Of a stretch of 64,000 nt of DNA, positions 1 to 12,100 are shown in pieces; position 1 is the first letter of the stretch; the number at the start of each line of letters is the position of its first letter. Origin of the DNA: Octopus vulgaris (taxonomy: Eukaryota); NCBI GenBank assembly GCA_951406725.2, contig OX597826.1, positions 22,816,001 to 22,880,000 of the forward strand. Direction: 5' to 3'. The notes beneath the pieces are model-generated. The model had not been told where the DNA came from, did not search any database, and saw nothing but the letters and a program-made list of their open reading frames with translations. Both the position numbers and the translations under genes were made by a program.

Positions 1-1188
1 AGAACAGTTTTTTGTTTTGCTCGTGTTTTGCCGCTATTTGTATCAGTTTTCCTTCCTTCTGAAGTAGATATTTTTGCAGTCCTATGGTGGTTATTTTATA
101 GTAGTTTTCCAGCTGTATAAGGCCTCTACCACCTTCTATACGCTGTATATATAGTCTTTCTATGTCAGATTTTGTGTGATGCATCCTAGATCCTGTCATT
201 ATTTTTCTTGTTTTCCTATCTATTTTGGTCAGTTCATTTAGTGTCCAGTTAAGGATATTGTAGCTGTAACTTATAACTTGGACAGCTAAAGTGTTAATAC
301 CTATTATCTTGTTTTTAGTATTGATCTAACTCGTCTATAATATTCTTCTTTTATTTTCTCTTTCATTTGTGTGTGTTGTGTCTTATCTAGTTCATGGATT
401 CCTAAGTATTTATAAGTTTGGCTTTGGTCTAATTCTTTTATTTCATTGGCTTTATCTAGTGTGATGTTGCTACTCTTAACTAGTTTTCCTATTTTCATGG
501 TTACTTTGGCGCATTTTTCTAATCCAAATTTCATATCTATTTCTTTGGTAAATCCATGAACTGTCTTTAATAGTGTTTCCAGCTGTTTGTCATTTGCAGC
601 ATATAGTTTTAGGTCATCCATATATAAAAGGTGGCTGATCATTTTGCCGTAACATTTATATCCGCATCCAGTTCTGTTTAGCATATCAGATAGTGGTGAC
701 AGTGCCAAGCAGAAAAGGAGTGGAGAGAGCGTGTCTCCCTGGAATATTCCTCTTCTAATGGGGATGGTTTTGGTTTTCATGAGTCTCCCTTTTGTTTGGA
801 GCTGTAGCACTGTTTGCCATTTATTCATAGAGTGCCCTATGAATTTTATAATTGTTGGTGCTACTTAGTTAATGGCTAGTGTTTCGAGGATCCATGTGTG
901 GGGGATGCTATCAAACGCCTTTTTGTAGTTCTTTCTGTGGCTGTCTTCAATTATGGCTTTATTAATCATTAGTTGATCTTTACAGCCATATGAGCCTTTG
1001 CGGCATCCTTTCTGCTCTTCTGGAAACAGGTTGTTTTCGTCCAGGTGCTTGTTCAACCTTTGCGATATCACTGCAGTAAATGCCATGTACATTGTAGGGG
1101 AACAGGTTATTGGTCTGTAGTTTTCTGGTTTTGCTGTCTCATTTGATTTGGGAATTAAGATGGTTTTCCCCTTCGTGAGCCATTCAGG

Positions 1189-1191
<3 letters not shown>
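1..1191 (-). mobile_element. 5'-truncated, frameshifted non-LTR retrotransposon RT (R4/Dong-like, RLE superclade); continues off the left edge
   Basis: ORFs 865-1191 (NYRPITC, EEQKGC, KKAFDSIPH) and 304-828 (RRGIFQGDTLSPLLF, HLLYMDDLKLY, FGLEKC, YKYLG). Bases 1-300 on the minus strand read ...SDIERLYIQRIEGGRGL. Deletions break the frame. Confidence 0.9.

Positions 1192-1219
<28 letters not shown>
1191..1219. repeat. (ATT)n microsatellite; the run resumes at 1556-1610 after a SINE
   Basis: Direct reading. Confidence 0.95.
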
Positions 1220-1220
1220 G

Positions 1221-1552
1221 AAGGCGAATGGCTCAGTGGTTAGAGCGTAGAGCTTACGACCGCGAGGTTGTGAGTTCGAATCCCGGACTGGGCTGCATGT
1301 TGTGCTCTTGAGCAAGACACTTTTTTTTCACGTTGCTCCAGTTCACTCGGCTGTAGAAATGAGTTGCGACATCACTGGTGCCAAGCTGTATCGGTCTTTG
1401 CCTTTCCCTTTGGATGACACTGATGGCGTGGAGAGGGGAGGCTGGTATGCATGGGCGACTGCTGGTCTTCCATAAACAACCTTACCCGGACTTGTGCCTG
1501 GGTGGGTAAATTTCTAGGTGCAATCCCATGGTCAGTCATGACCGAAGGGGTT

Positions 1553-1555
<3 letters not shown>
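1221..1555 (+). mobile_element. tRNA-derived SINE with CORE-like body
   Basis: A box TGGCTCAGTGG, B box GTTCGAATCC, then gtgctcttgagcaagacactt. A related head occurs reversed at 9592-9843 and 32009-32225. Confidence 0.8.
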
Positions 1556-1590
<35 letters not shown>

Positions 1591-1610
1591 CATTTATTAT
1601 TATTATTATT

Positions 1611-1815
1611 AAGGTGGCGGGCTGGCACAATCGTTAGTGCGTTGGACAAAGTGTTTGGCGGCATTCCGTCTATCTTTACATTCTGAGTTCAAATTTCGCC
1701 GAGGTCGACTTTCCTTTTCATCCTTTCGGAGTTGACGGAGCTGCGCATTGGGATCGGTGTAATCCACTTAGCCCCACCACACAAAATTTCAGGCCTTGTG
1801 CCTCGAGTAGAAAGG
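1611..1815 (+). mobile_element. SINE family B (Deu/Nin-domain-like)
   Basis: gagttcaaat...gaggtcgactttgcctttcatcctttcggggtcgataaa motif, repeated many times in the window. Confidence 0.75.
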
Positions 1816-2110
1816 ATAATTCTTCTGGTTCTTTATGATCTGAATTCAAATCCCGCCGAGGCCAAGTTTAGCTTTCATCCCTCCGAGTTCGATAAAATGC
1901 CAAATGTAATCGAATAACCCCACTGTCTCTCAGCCCAAATCAGAAAACCTTTATTAAGAATAAAAGGTGAATCATTAGAGCGTCATATTAAATACGTTGC
2001 GCTATTTCTCCTGGCTCTTTACGATCCGAGTTCAAATCCTCCGAAGATCAAGGTTCTCTTTTATTTTCCCGAGATTGATTAAATGAAGTATTAGTGAAGT
2101 ACTGGGGTCA

Positions 2111-2397
2111 TTGTTGTTGTTTGTTCCTTCTCGAGCCACGCCTGGCTCATTAGGGCCGTTTTCCCGGTTTCCTTGGCGTATAGGTTCCCCACCTGGACGG
2201 GACGTCGGCCCGTCGCAGGTGAGCTGCAAGATGCAGAAGGAAAGAGTGAGAGAAAGTTGTGGCGAAAGAGTCAGCAGAAGTTCGCCATGTGTGTGTTTAT
2301 GAGCGTTTCGCTCATAAACACACACATCGCTCGGTCTGAGATTCGAACCCGTGATTCCTCGACCGCGAGTCCGCTACTCTAACCACAGTGCCTCCAC
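2111..2397 (-). mobile_element. tRNA-derived SINE family C
   Basis: agagtgagagaaagttgtggcgaaagag body; near reverse complement of 35297-35577. Confidence 0.8.
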
Positions 2398-3129
2398 ACT
2401 GGGGTCATTGGTATCAAATAATCCCCACTCTCACTCGCATTTCTAGCCTACTGCCTCAGTCAAAACAACATTATTAGAAAGAAGTAAAGGACGACGGGGC
2501 GGCGGTGGAACAGTCGTTAGAGCGGCTGACGAAAATATTGTAACGTCTTCAGTACGTTCCTCTTTATTCTAAACTGAAATCGCACAGAGATCGTCTTTAA
2601 TTCTTCTGAGGGTCGATAAAATAAATACTAAGTACCAGCCAACTACTGAGGTCGACTTAACTTACTGAACCCTCCTCCTATATATTCGATATAGGCATCA
2701 TCATCATAAATTATTATGAAAGGAACCACGAAGGCGGTGAGCTGGTGGAATCGTTTAGTATGCCGGACGAAATGTTAAGTGGAATTTCTTTTGGTTTTTG
2801 GTTTATGGCGGCAAGCTAGCAGAACCATTAGCAGGCAGACAAATGGCTCGAAAGTTATGAGGATGAGGGGGCGGAAAGACAGAAGAGTTGAAGGATAAAT
2901 CTTAAATGTCCTAGTAAAATTTTAGTTTCGTCCTATTTGCGTTAAGTATTAAAATCTTATGAGATTCGTCTTTATTTTCCAAATCATTAAAATCATTGTT
3001 TGATAACTTTTAAATCCCTAAGTCCAACGTCAGCCTTAATCAAGCAGACCATTGATCAAAGACGTCACAGCTGTGATCATCTCATATTTTCTTTTTCTCC
3101 AGAAATGTGTGTGTGTGTGTGTGTGTGTA

Positions 3130-3162
<33 letters not shown>

Positions 3163-3538
3163 CGGGAATTGCAATTTATTAATTAAACACGAGTAAAAAA
3201 CATTTCCTTCTCTTCATATAAATAAGGAGAAATATACTTACACAGACAGACAGACAGAGAACGAGAGAAACATTAAAACGTCTGACGTCAAGTCAACATC
3301 GAATCAGCGACGCCAAGACGGCTGTGCCAAAACGTCTCATATTCCATCGGTTCTTATCTCGCTAATCATGTGTTGTCGGTACTTTGTTTTTCTAGTACAC
3401 TAGACTGAAAATAAGGACCACGTTGCTAGCATTACCATTGTGACTAACAAGGTTACAGAAGAAAATGAACTCAGAACTGTAAGATTTTGAAACAATGAAT
3501 GACAGTTTTATCGCTTACTCACTTCAAATCCGAGAACT

Positions 3539-4154
3539 CAGAGGTTTCCAAACCGGTGTGTGCGTACCCCGGGGATACACGAGATTTTAAAAAAAAGAAA
3601 ACATTGGAATATTGAAGCAAAAACTACAACTTTCCTACGGTAGACCCACAAATTTAATAAAGAGTAAATAGTGTGTGTGTGTGCGTGCGTGAGCGCGCGC
3701 AGGCGTGACTGTGTGGTAAGAAGCTTGCTTTACAACACATGGTTTAGGGTTCGGTCCCACTGCGTGGAACCTTAGGTAAGTGCCTTCTACTATAGCCTCT
3801 AGGCGATCAATGCATTGTGAGTGAATTTGGTAGACGGAAATTGAAAGCCCGACGTGTATGTATGTATATATATATACACGTGTGTATGTGTGTGTTTGCC
3901 CCTCCACCACCACTTGACAACCGGTGCTGGTGTGTTTACATCACCGTACATTAGCGATTCGGCAAAAGAGGCTGATAGAACAAGTACCATGCTTTTTAAA
4001 AAAATAAGTCCTGGGTTCGATACATTCACTAAAAATTCTTCAAGGCAGTACTCCAGCATGGCCACACCTTAATGCCTGAAACAAGTAAATGATAAAAGAT
4101 ATATGCTGGACCTAATGTACAGGTTCACAAGAGGAAAAAGTTTGCGAACCCCTG
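3539..4154. mobile_element. hAT-type MITE with a nested SINE
   Basis: Ends cagaggtttccaaac / gtttgcgaacccctg. Flanks cgagaact / cgataaat form a degenerate 8-bp TSD (6/8). Confidence 0.6.
3695..4100 (+). mobile_element. tRNA-derived SINE family A
   Basis: gtggtaagaagcttgct head, internal (TA/TG)n, tail ccagcatggcc...tgaaacaagtaaa. Confidence 0.85.
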
Positions 4155-5152
4155 CGATAAATAAGAGTATTTGTGATGGAACTGAAACAATGAAACACAT
4201 CGTGAATCAAACCGACAAGAGGACTTGAACTCACCAATAGAAGCTAGTGAAACACTCGCCAATTTAACAGTGCTGCCGCTGGTTACACCGCAGTGCCTTT
4301 CAGCCTCGTTCGTTGGACTGGGCTGTTGGTATTTGTGTGTTGAGAAACAGCAGTGACAAAATATAAGAAAGCTGCTTCCTATTAATTCGGTCACCCACTG
4401 TTCTATCGTTATTTCTTTCTTTTATTCTTTTCGCCCTCTGCCTACCTCGTTCATACCATTCTCACTGAGGCCCAGATAAATCTATTAATTCTCAATAGTT
4501 CAGTCCATCTTGATTTATAAATCTATACCAAGCATGGATTACAGGTTACCCTTGTAAGAATTTTAAGTTTATAAAAAAAATCTATCTTACTTACAATATG
4601 GGCAATGGAATACACACACACGCACACACAAATATACACATCTATTTATTCCATACACCATGCTGTAGAGACGCAAATGTGGCTATGTGGTAAGAAGCTT
4701 GTTTCCGGTTCCGGTCGTTAGTTGTTCTTCACTCGCCTGTTGAAGTCACCACGCTGGTGTGCAGCTGGCGAAAATTAAAAGACGCTCTACTGTAAGGTAA
4801 GACTTTTTGCTTCTTGAGTCCAGTAGGATTTGTTGCTTGTATGTTTTATTTTTTTGTACTAGCAAGGAGTCCTTACTGGATTCGGAGCTTTTTGTCTGTC
4901 TTGCAGTGGAGACGTATGTGTTTTCTCACATAATTGTTAAAAATTATTTTTCACCTGTGGATTATTGGCCAGGAGTACCTTTTCGGCCGAAAATTTATTT
5001 CTTTACCTGGATTTGAACTCTCTTCTTCAAAGCTTTCATTTATTAAAAAAAAAAAGAACTTTTATTGAACTGTTATTTTTATTTTATTTCTTCCCTTCTG
5101 TTGTGTTTTTACTTCTTTTACATTTTGAACTGTAATTGAACTTTGTGTTGAA

Positions 5153-6610
5153 ATGGCAAAGGAATTTCTGGTACTAGTATCGTAGACTGGTCTCGGTTTG
5201 CGCAGACGCGCGTCCGCGCTAGCCAGACGTAGGCAGTCGATCCTACGAGCTGACTGGCGCATGCACGATATATACTTGTATCGATATGTACGATATATAC
5301 TTGTATACGATATATACTTGTATATATACGATATATACTTGTATATATCGTATACAAGTATATATCGTATATATCGATACAAGTATATATCGTGCATGCG
5401 CCAGTCAGCTCGTAGGATCGACTGCCTACGTCTGGCTAGCGCGGACGCGCGTCTGCGCGTGTGCGCAAACCGGGACCGGTCCACGATACTAGTACCGGAA
5501 TTTCTTGTGTGGGACTTAACACCTCCCATAAAATGGTTAAAAGAGCTTGAAAGGAAGACGGTAGTGCTGAGGACTTATTCAAAGTCGCTCGACACCATAG
5601 CCGTTTTCCCGAGGGCCACAATTTTGAATGAGCTGGCAGATTAAATTTATTTCACGGGGAGTCAAGTATGCAACGGTCTGGTTGCTATTTGACTCCCCCC
5701 AAGAAGCCACTCGAGGGCGAGGAAATCGTGTTTCTTCCAAGCTACTGTGGAAAGAAATTGAGAGCTTGGATCTGCGGTTTGCCACCCGGAGTTGAGCCCG
5801 AGTGGATAGAGGACTCTATCCACCGGGGTCTGGGTGGTAGCAGTACCAAGCTACTTGATGTGAAAGTGTTGCCTGCGGCTGATTGGGAGGGGTCAAAAGC
5901 TGTTTTGACCCTATGGACCCAATCAGCCGAAAGTCTGGTCTTTCCAGATTTTTTGAGGATGGCCGGGTCTAGGTATCCGGTGATGCTCGAGGGACGCCCC
6001 CCCCCCCAAGTGTCACCTGTGCCTGGAGACCGGCCACATTAAGAAAAACTGTCCCAAGGACCAAAATAGGATCCTGGAGCAGTTAATAGTGGAATCTCTC
6101 CCTGCTCCCTCAATGGAGGGAGAGAAGGAGGAGGTTTCTACATCCTCGAAAAAACGAAAACGAAAGGTGGGCTACAATGGTTGCCCACCGGAGGACCCGA
6201 GGGCTGCGGGAGAAAAGGAGGACCTGTTACGTGCGTCACAGGAACCTCACCCTCTCGCGGCCCAAGGGAAAAAGAAAAAGAAAAATGGGACATCGCCGGC
6301 GGGTTGTGACACGCTGCCGGCGGGTGTGCCGCTGGAGGATGAATATGTGTTCCACTTCCACAAAGGAGGAACCATAGAAAACGAAGTAAAGAAAATGGAA
6401 AGGAGAGGCCGATGGGAAGGACTTCTGTCCTGCACGGAGGATCCTGAGTGGCCTTCGCAGGTGGCTGCGGAGGTCCTATGGGATAGTGATCTGTGCAGGA
6501 TCATGAATTCCTTCCCGGAGGACTCCTATAAATTTATACCTGTGTGGTCCGGCCTGGAACCGAGTGCATGCTTCAATGAAGCAAGGATACTGGTCGGCCG
6601 GATAACCTGA
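5153..6610 (+). pseudogene. Disrupted gag/ORF1-like protein with CX2CX4HX4C zinc knuckle
   Basis: Removing the MITE restores MAKEFLVWDLTPP. CHLCLETGHIKKNC at 6011-6052 is in frame with ORF 6089-6610. Frameshifts near 5642, near 5700 and in the C11 run 5997-6007. Basic KKRKRK tracts. Confidence 0.75.
5170..5496. mobile_element. Foldback / Mutator-like MITE, almost fully palindromic
   Basis: GGTACTAGT...ACTAGTACC with about 140-bp arms, exact 9-bp TSD ggaatttct (5161-5169, 5497-5505), internal cgatatatacttgtat subrepeats. Confidence 0.85.
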
Positions 6611-7116
6611 ACGAGTCTAGAAAATGTGAAACATGTGACTTTTTGTGTGTTTTAAAAAAGAAAAAAGAATTCTGAACACTGTGTTGTTTAAGTAAGAGGT
6701 TTATTGCCTCATTGTGTTTTTGGGGGAAAAGGAAAAAAGAACATTGTTTTAGAGAAGCGAAAGTCGGCGGGCGCTTTTCGTCTTCTCCCATCATCTATAC
6801 CATTATGTCCATGTCCAGCCCGCAAAGCTTCCATCTGTGTGATGCCCTTGTGGCAAATTATATGAAATAAAGAAGCTTGCTTTCCAACCGAATGGCTCTA
6901 GGTTTAGTCCCACTGCGTGGCACCTGGGCAAATGTTTTCTATATACATGCAACCAAAACTTGGTGAGTAGACTTAAAAGACGGAAACTGAGAGAAGCCCG
7001 TCGTGTAAGTGTGTGTGTATGCGTGCCCAGCGTGTATGTTTGTCTCTCCACCACCGCAGTTCGGCAAAAGAGTAAGTACCGGGCTTTAAGAAAAAATTAG
7101 TACAGAGGTCGATTCA

Positions 7117-7434
7117 GTTCTATATTTAAGAGATGAGGAATTATGTACATTATTTACTTTATTTACACCGTGACGGATATTTGTCTGCTTCTTGTTTGTT
7201 GTTAATACGGACATATGGCGCAGGCTACTAACCCCAAGATATCCGAGTTCGATTCCACGCAGTGACCTGAATAATAATAATAATATCATCGAAAAATAGG
7301 AATGAGAACCCAGGTTCGAAACTTCCCCAAGACACCTGATGAAGGCCGAAGGTATATCAGCCGAAACGTTGTATTAACAACAAACAAGATGAGAACAAAT
7401 ATCCGTCATGTGTAAATAATGTAAATCTTATTTA
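7117..7434 (+). mobile_element. tRNA-headed element with Penelope-like tail and inverted terminal copy
   Basis: B box gttcgattcc near 7247, hammerhead core at 7331-7375, and 7171-7208 is inverse to 7371-7408. Confidence 0.65.
7331..7375 (+). ncRNA. Minimal type I hammerhead ribozyme-like motif
   Basis: gacac-CTGATGA-a-ggc...gcc-GAAAC-GTT-gtatt, with one mismatch in stem I. Confidence 0.7.
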
Positions 7435-7925
7435 CATTCGACTAAAAGTTCTTCAAGGTGATGCCCCAGCATGGCCGTAGTCTAATGACTGAAGCAAATA
7501 AAAGATGGATATCTATCAATCATTCAACCACGAGTTGGGAGAATTTGGATAAGCTGTAACGTATCCACAATGATTCACTTCCCATTTTGACACTCCCAAC
7601 TCACCCGTTCACTCATCTCTTCCACTCCACTTTACTCATGTCTCCAACTCCCCCAAACCTTCCCAATGTGTCGCACTAACGCTACACCCAGCGATTTCTT
7701 CCCCTAGAATGTCGGTTTTCTTGAATTCTGGCCCCATCCGTATTTTTCCCCAACAACCATTGTCTTGCAACTCTTCAGGAAAAATATTAACCCACGTTGA
7801 TCGACCTCAGCAATTTCGGACAGCCTGGGATGGGCGTGAGCCTAACTCTTACTTCTTTCCACAAATCAGCGTTTTCACAAACTCTCTCTCTCTCTCTCAC
7901 ACACACACACAGACATGTGTATACA

Positions 7926-7977
<52 letters not shown>

Positions 7978-7981
<4 letters not shown>

Positions 7982-9148
7982 GATCCCTCGCTACTTCGAG
8001 GTTCAACTATCGCGGATTCACGACTTCACGGATTTTAAATAAATATCTCTTTTACTCTTTTACTTGTTTCAGTCATTTGACTGCGGCCATGCTGGAGCAC
8101 CGCCTTTAATCGAGCAATTCGACCCCGGGACTTATTCTTTTGTAAGCCCAGTACTTATTCTATCGGTCTCTTTTGCCGAACCGCTAAGTAACGGGGACAT
8201 AAACACACCAGCATCGGTTGTCAAGCAATGCTTGGGGAACAAACACACACACGCATATATATATATATATATGATATATATATATATATATATGATGGGC
8301 TTCTTTCAGTTTCCGTCTACCAAATCCACTCACAAGGCTTTGGTCGGCCCGAGGCTATAGTAGAAGACACTTGCCCAAGGTACCACGCAGTGGGACTGAA
8401 CCCGGAACTATGTGGCTGGTAAACAAGCTACTTACCACACAGCCACTCCTGCGCCTATTGTTCATATATATATCTGAACATCTAAAATTTTTCATTAAAT
8501 CCAAAGAAGAAGAAGAAACGCAGCAAGAAACAGAAGTTATCGACCAAACTGGCTGGACGTTGGAACGGCTGGCCATGCCCTGCAACCTGGCTAAAGAATT
8601 GAAAGAGGGGTCACAGGAATGGGACGACGATATGGTTCGTTCTGTGCAATTTTGCAACAAGCTCGACGAAATCATGAATCCCTACAAGATGCTCTTTGAA
8701 TGGAAAAAGAAGCAGCGGCAGCAACTTCCTATCACAATGTTTTTGCAGCCTCGCAAAAAAGAGCCAGTTCCTGCTGTTACTACTACGGCTGCACCTTCGA
8801 AAGAAGTGGAAGAGATGTCCCAAGGAAAGGGCACCGCCGTCAGCTTCATCATCATCATTTCTACTGCGCAGCAAATTCATCACCTTCATCATTCAAATTT
8901 TACTTCAACTTCTTTCGTGTTGAGTACAGTAACAATCTTTAATTTTTTAAATCTAAAGTGTTATTGCTTAACAGTTGTCCTTGTTATTAATAGACTACTG
9001 CAGTGGGTGGGTTGTTAACAGTACAGGGAGGGTTTTAAAAGTCCAAATACACGTTAAATACTGTAAATATGGTGTCTCTATTTCGCGGAAATTCAGTTAT
9101 TGTGGCCGGTCTCGGAAGCAATCTACCGCGATAAACGAGGGATCACTG
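7978..9148 (+). mobile_element. pogo/Tigger-like deleted DNA transposon with a transposase C-terminal remnant (about 8490-8830)
   Basis: TIRs cagtgatccctcg / cgagggatcactg followed by TA; peptide WTLERLA...DDDMVRSVQF...KKQRQQLPITMF. Confidence 0.8.
8047..8457 (-). mobile_element. SINE family A nested in the Tigger-like element
   Basis: Full-length reverse complement of family A. Confidence 0.9.
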
Positions 9149-9279
9149 TAATTGGAACATAACCTGATAGACCCCTAGGGATTTGAATTTACTTTAACAG
9201 TACATCCCCAAGGACCGCAACTCTGGCTTTGTACCGTTTTGGTCCCCTTCTAATAAAATACTAATAAATACTAATAATG

Positions 9280-10180
9280 GCTTCAAATTTTAGCACAAGG
9301 CCAGCAATATCGGGAGAGGGGAAAGCCGATTTCATAGACCCCAGTACTCAAGTGGTATTTACTTTATCGACTCTGAAAGGACGAAAGGCAAAATGAATCT
9401 CGGCGGATATACCTACCACAAAGCATTTTGCCCGAAGTGCTAACGATTCATTCTACAAGCTCGCTGCCTTATAATGATGAATACAAAATAAGTTTCAAAT
9501 TTTGGCACAAGGCCAGCAATTTCGAAGAAGACAGGTAAGTCAATTATATTGACCCCAGAGTTCAACTAATACTTACTTTAAAATAATAAATAAATGCGCC
9601 CTTTTAAAGCCTAGCCAGGCTCATGGGACCGGTTTCCCAGTTTCTATGGCGTATGTGTTCCCCAGCTGGACAGGACGCCAGTCCATCGCAGCGTTACTCA
9701 TTTTTGCCAGCTGAGTGGACTAGAGCAACGTGAAATGAAGTGTTTTGCTCAAGAACGCAACGCGTCGCCCGGTTCAGGAATCGAAACCACAATCTTACGA
9801 TCAGGATTCTGACACTCTAAACACTAAGCCACGCACCTCCACAATATTTACTTTACCGACCCCGAAAGGATAAAGGCAAAGTCGACCGCGGTGGTCTCTG
9901 AACTCAGAACGCAAAGACGGACAAAATGCCGCGAAGCATTTTAATCGACTTGCTAACAATTTTCTACCAGCTCGCTACCTTAATAATCCTTTCTACAAAA
10001 GACACAAGGCCTGAAATTTTGGGGGTGGGGACTAGTCGATCACATCGACTCACTTAATTTGTCGACTCCGAAAGGATGAAAACCAAAGTCGACCTTGGCG
10101 GAATTTGAACTCTGAACGAAATGTCACTAAGCATTTTAACCAACGAGCTAACGATTTTCTCTCAACTCGCCACCTCATTA
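9280..10180 (-). mobile_element. Cluster of SINE family B copies with a nested CORE-like SINE (9592-9843)
   Basis: Repeated gaccccgaaaggatgaaaggcaaagtcgacc motifs. Confidence 0.7.
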
Positions 10181-10202
10181 ATAAATAATAAAATACCTAA
10201 AT

Positions 10203-10503
10203 CACGTGATCACGTGACCGACCAGGCTATCAGATGTTGCTACACATCGCTGGTCACAATGCGCTTCATATTGTTTTAGCCTTCAAATGACGCCACCCCG
10301 CTGGCTAAGCGAACAGGCCTACAGAAGAAAGAGTGAGAGAAAGTTGTGGCGAAAGAGTACAGCAGGGATCGCCACCACCCCCTACCGGGGAGTCGTGGAG
10401 TTTTTAGGCGTTTTCGCTCAATAAACACTCGGTCTGGGAATCGAAACCGCGATCCTACGACCGCGAGTCCGCTGCCCTAACCACTGGGCCATTGCGCCTC
10501 CAC
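10203..10503 (-). mobile_element. SINE family C with RTE-like tail
   Basis: Near identical to 26755-27061; the tail also occurs at 61985-62086. Confidence 0.85.
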
Positions 10504-11549
10504 AAAATACCTAAATAATACCCTGAAATGCTACATTTAAAAAAATCCCTGAAATATAAAATTTACAAAATTCCCTGAAATACTAGATAAAGAAAAATCC
10601 TGAAATACTAAGTTATAAACAAAAAAAAAAAAACAACTAGTAATAAATAGCGCCAATTAGAAAAGATATTTCTCCTGGAATTTTGCAGGACGCGGCGTCG
10701 CTAATTAATAAAATAAACAATTATAGAAAACACAATTCTGTATTAGAAATGCACGCTATAGGAACGCGCACGAGTGTTTCTGAAAGTAGATTCCACATTA
10801 TATATGTGTAACTTCTTAAAGCGGGAATTCAATGCACTCGAAGTGGTAAAAAGACGATAGATAAATAGAGAGAGAGAGAGAGAGAGAGAGAAAGATAAAT
10901 CCATTCACATACACACACATGTGTGGATATGTGTGTGTGTGTATGCGCGAATGAGTGTGTGTGTATGCGCGAATGTGTGTGTGTGTGTGTGTGTGTGGGT
11001 CCTCTTTAAAACAAAAAAAAAAGATTATTTCTATTCATTTTATGTCTTATTAAAATTCAGGCGACACGAGTTGTTCATAAAATGCAGATTTGTTTCGCTA
11101 GAAAGACACCTCAATTTTTGAACGAAAAAGACATCAAACAAACGACACACTTATAATCCATTTGATGTACCTAACCAAATGTTTTGTTTAAAGCTTAGCG
11201 ACATATATAGATCGGGTTGAGCATTTATCGTCTGCTACATATCTTCCATCTTCCTTTTAGTTTTCCAGTGCAGATGCACGGCACAGAGCAACCTTAGCAT
11301 GAATCACGGGCTTTATGTACAAAGTAATCTTTGACTTTTAGAGAACACGGTAATTTTCGAGATTTATTTGAGGAAGAAAAAATAATAATTGTTGCTGATT
11401 CAGGCACAGGACCAACAATTCTCTTTTAAGGAAGGGGTCAATTATATGACTCCAGTAATTGACTGGTACTTATTTTATCGCCCCCGAAAGGATGAAAGGC
11501 AGAGTTGACCTCGGTGGTATTTCAAGTCAGAATGTAAAACACTACATGA

Positions 11550-12100
11550 TGTTCGGGATTAATTTGGCAGTCTGCATAAAATGAAAGGAAATCAGTTTCC
11601 CATCCAAAAATAAAAGTATCTTTTTTAAAAAAATTAATTGTATATCGACTAGGTTATAGCTGGGCGATAATAGTTTACTCAAAGCAGCCGCCCTCAACTT
11701 CCACCATAGCCTCAAGACGGCCCCGGAACCTGACGCGTGCGTTCCTTACTGTGTCCATGTGAAGATCTTTGAACATCTTGATCTTGGCCATTATCTCGGT
11801 CTTGGTGTTGCAGGCAGAGCGGTTGGTGCTTTTCACAACCATACACAACAAATATTAATCCCATGGGATTACAATAGGGAAAATTTAGGAGGCCAGAAAC
11901 TGGGGCAGGTGTAGTCATAGACATACCGCAACAACCACTTCTGACTTTTTCCAGAGGTATGGCAAGGAACCGAATCCTACTGCCGCACAAACGATCTTCC
12001 AGCAGCAATCCAGTAGCAATTCAGGGATTGACTACAGTCTCCAGTAGCTTCACACAGTCGTCTGAATTGAGCCTAAGGCTATGTCCTGTACTTGGAAGAA
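11550..12100 (-). mobile_element. Decayed Tc1/mariner superfamily (maT/DD37D-like) transposase fragment
   Basis: Across frameshifts the minus strand reads Q*DSVPCHTSGKSQKWL, WPP..PYCNPM, RFRGRLEAMVEVEGGCFE*. Confidence 0.75.

Larger units (their letters stand above)
4707..6869 (+). mobile_element. ORF1-only non-autonomous non-LTR element (L1/Tx1-like, HAL1-like organisation)
   Basis: Flanked by aagaagcttg(c)tttcc at 4692-4706 and 6870-6885, ends at AATAAA, carries one gag-like ORF with CCHC and no RT. Confidence 0.7.
4670..7505 (+). mobile_element. SINE family A copy split by two insertions (pieces 4670-4706, 6870-7116, 7435-7505)
   Basis: The pieces join into the family A sequence seen intact at 17555-17951. 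Confidence 0.75.

Noticed and set aside
1225-1295. tRNA gene
   Set aside because: The A and B boxes run directly into SINE body sequence, with no acceptor stem or terminator
5997-6007. Programmed frameshift at C11
   Set aside because: Not a canonical slippery heptamer. Homopolymer slippage or sequencing error is simpler, and the ORF has other lesions.
8371-9018. 215-aa host protein
   Set aside because: A chance fusion of antisense SINE sequence and a Tigger transposase remnant
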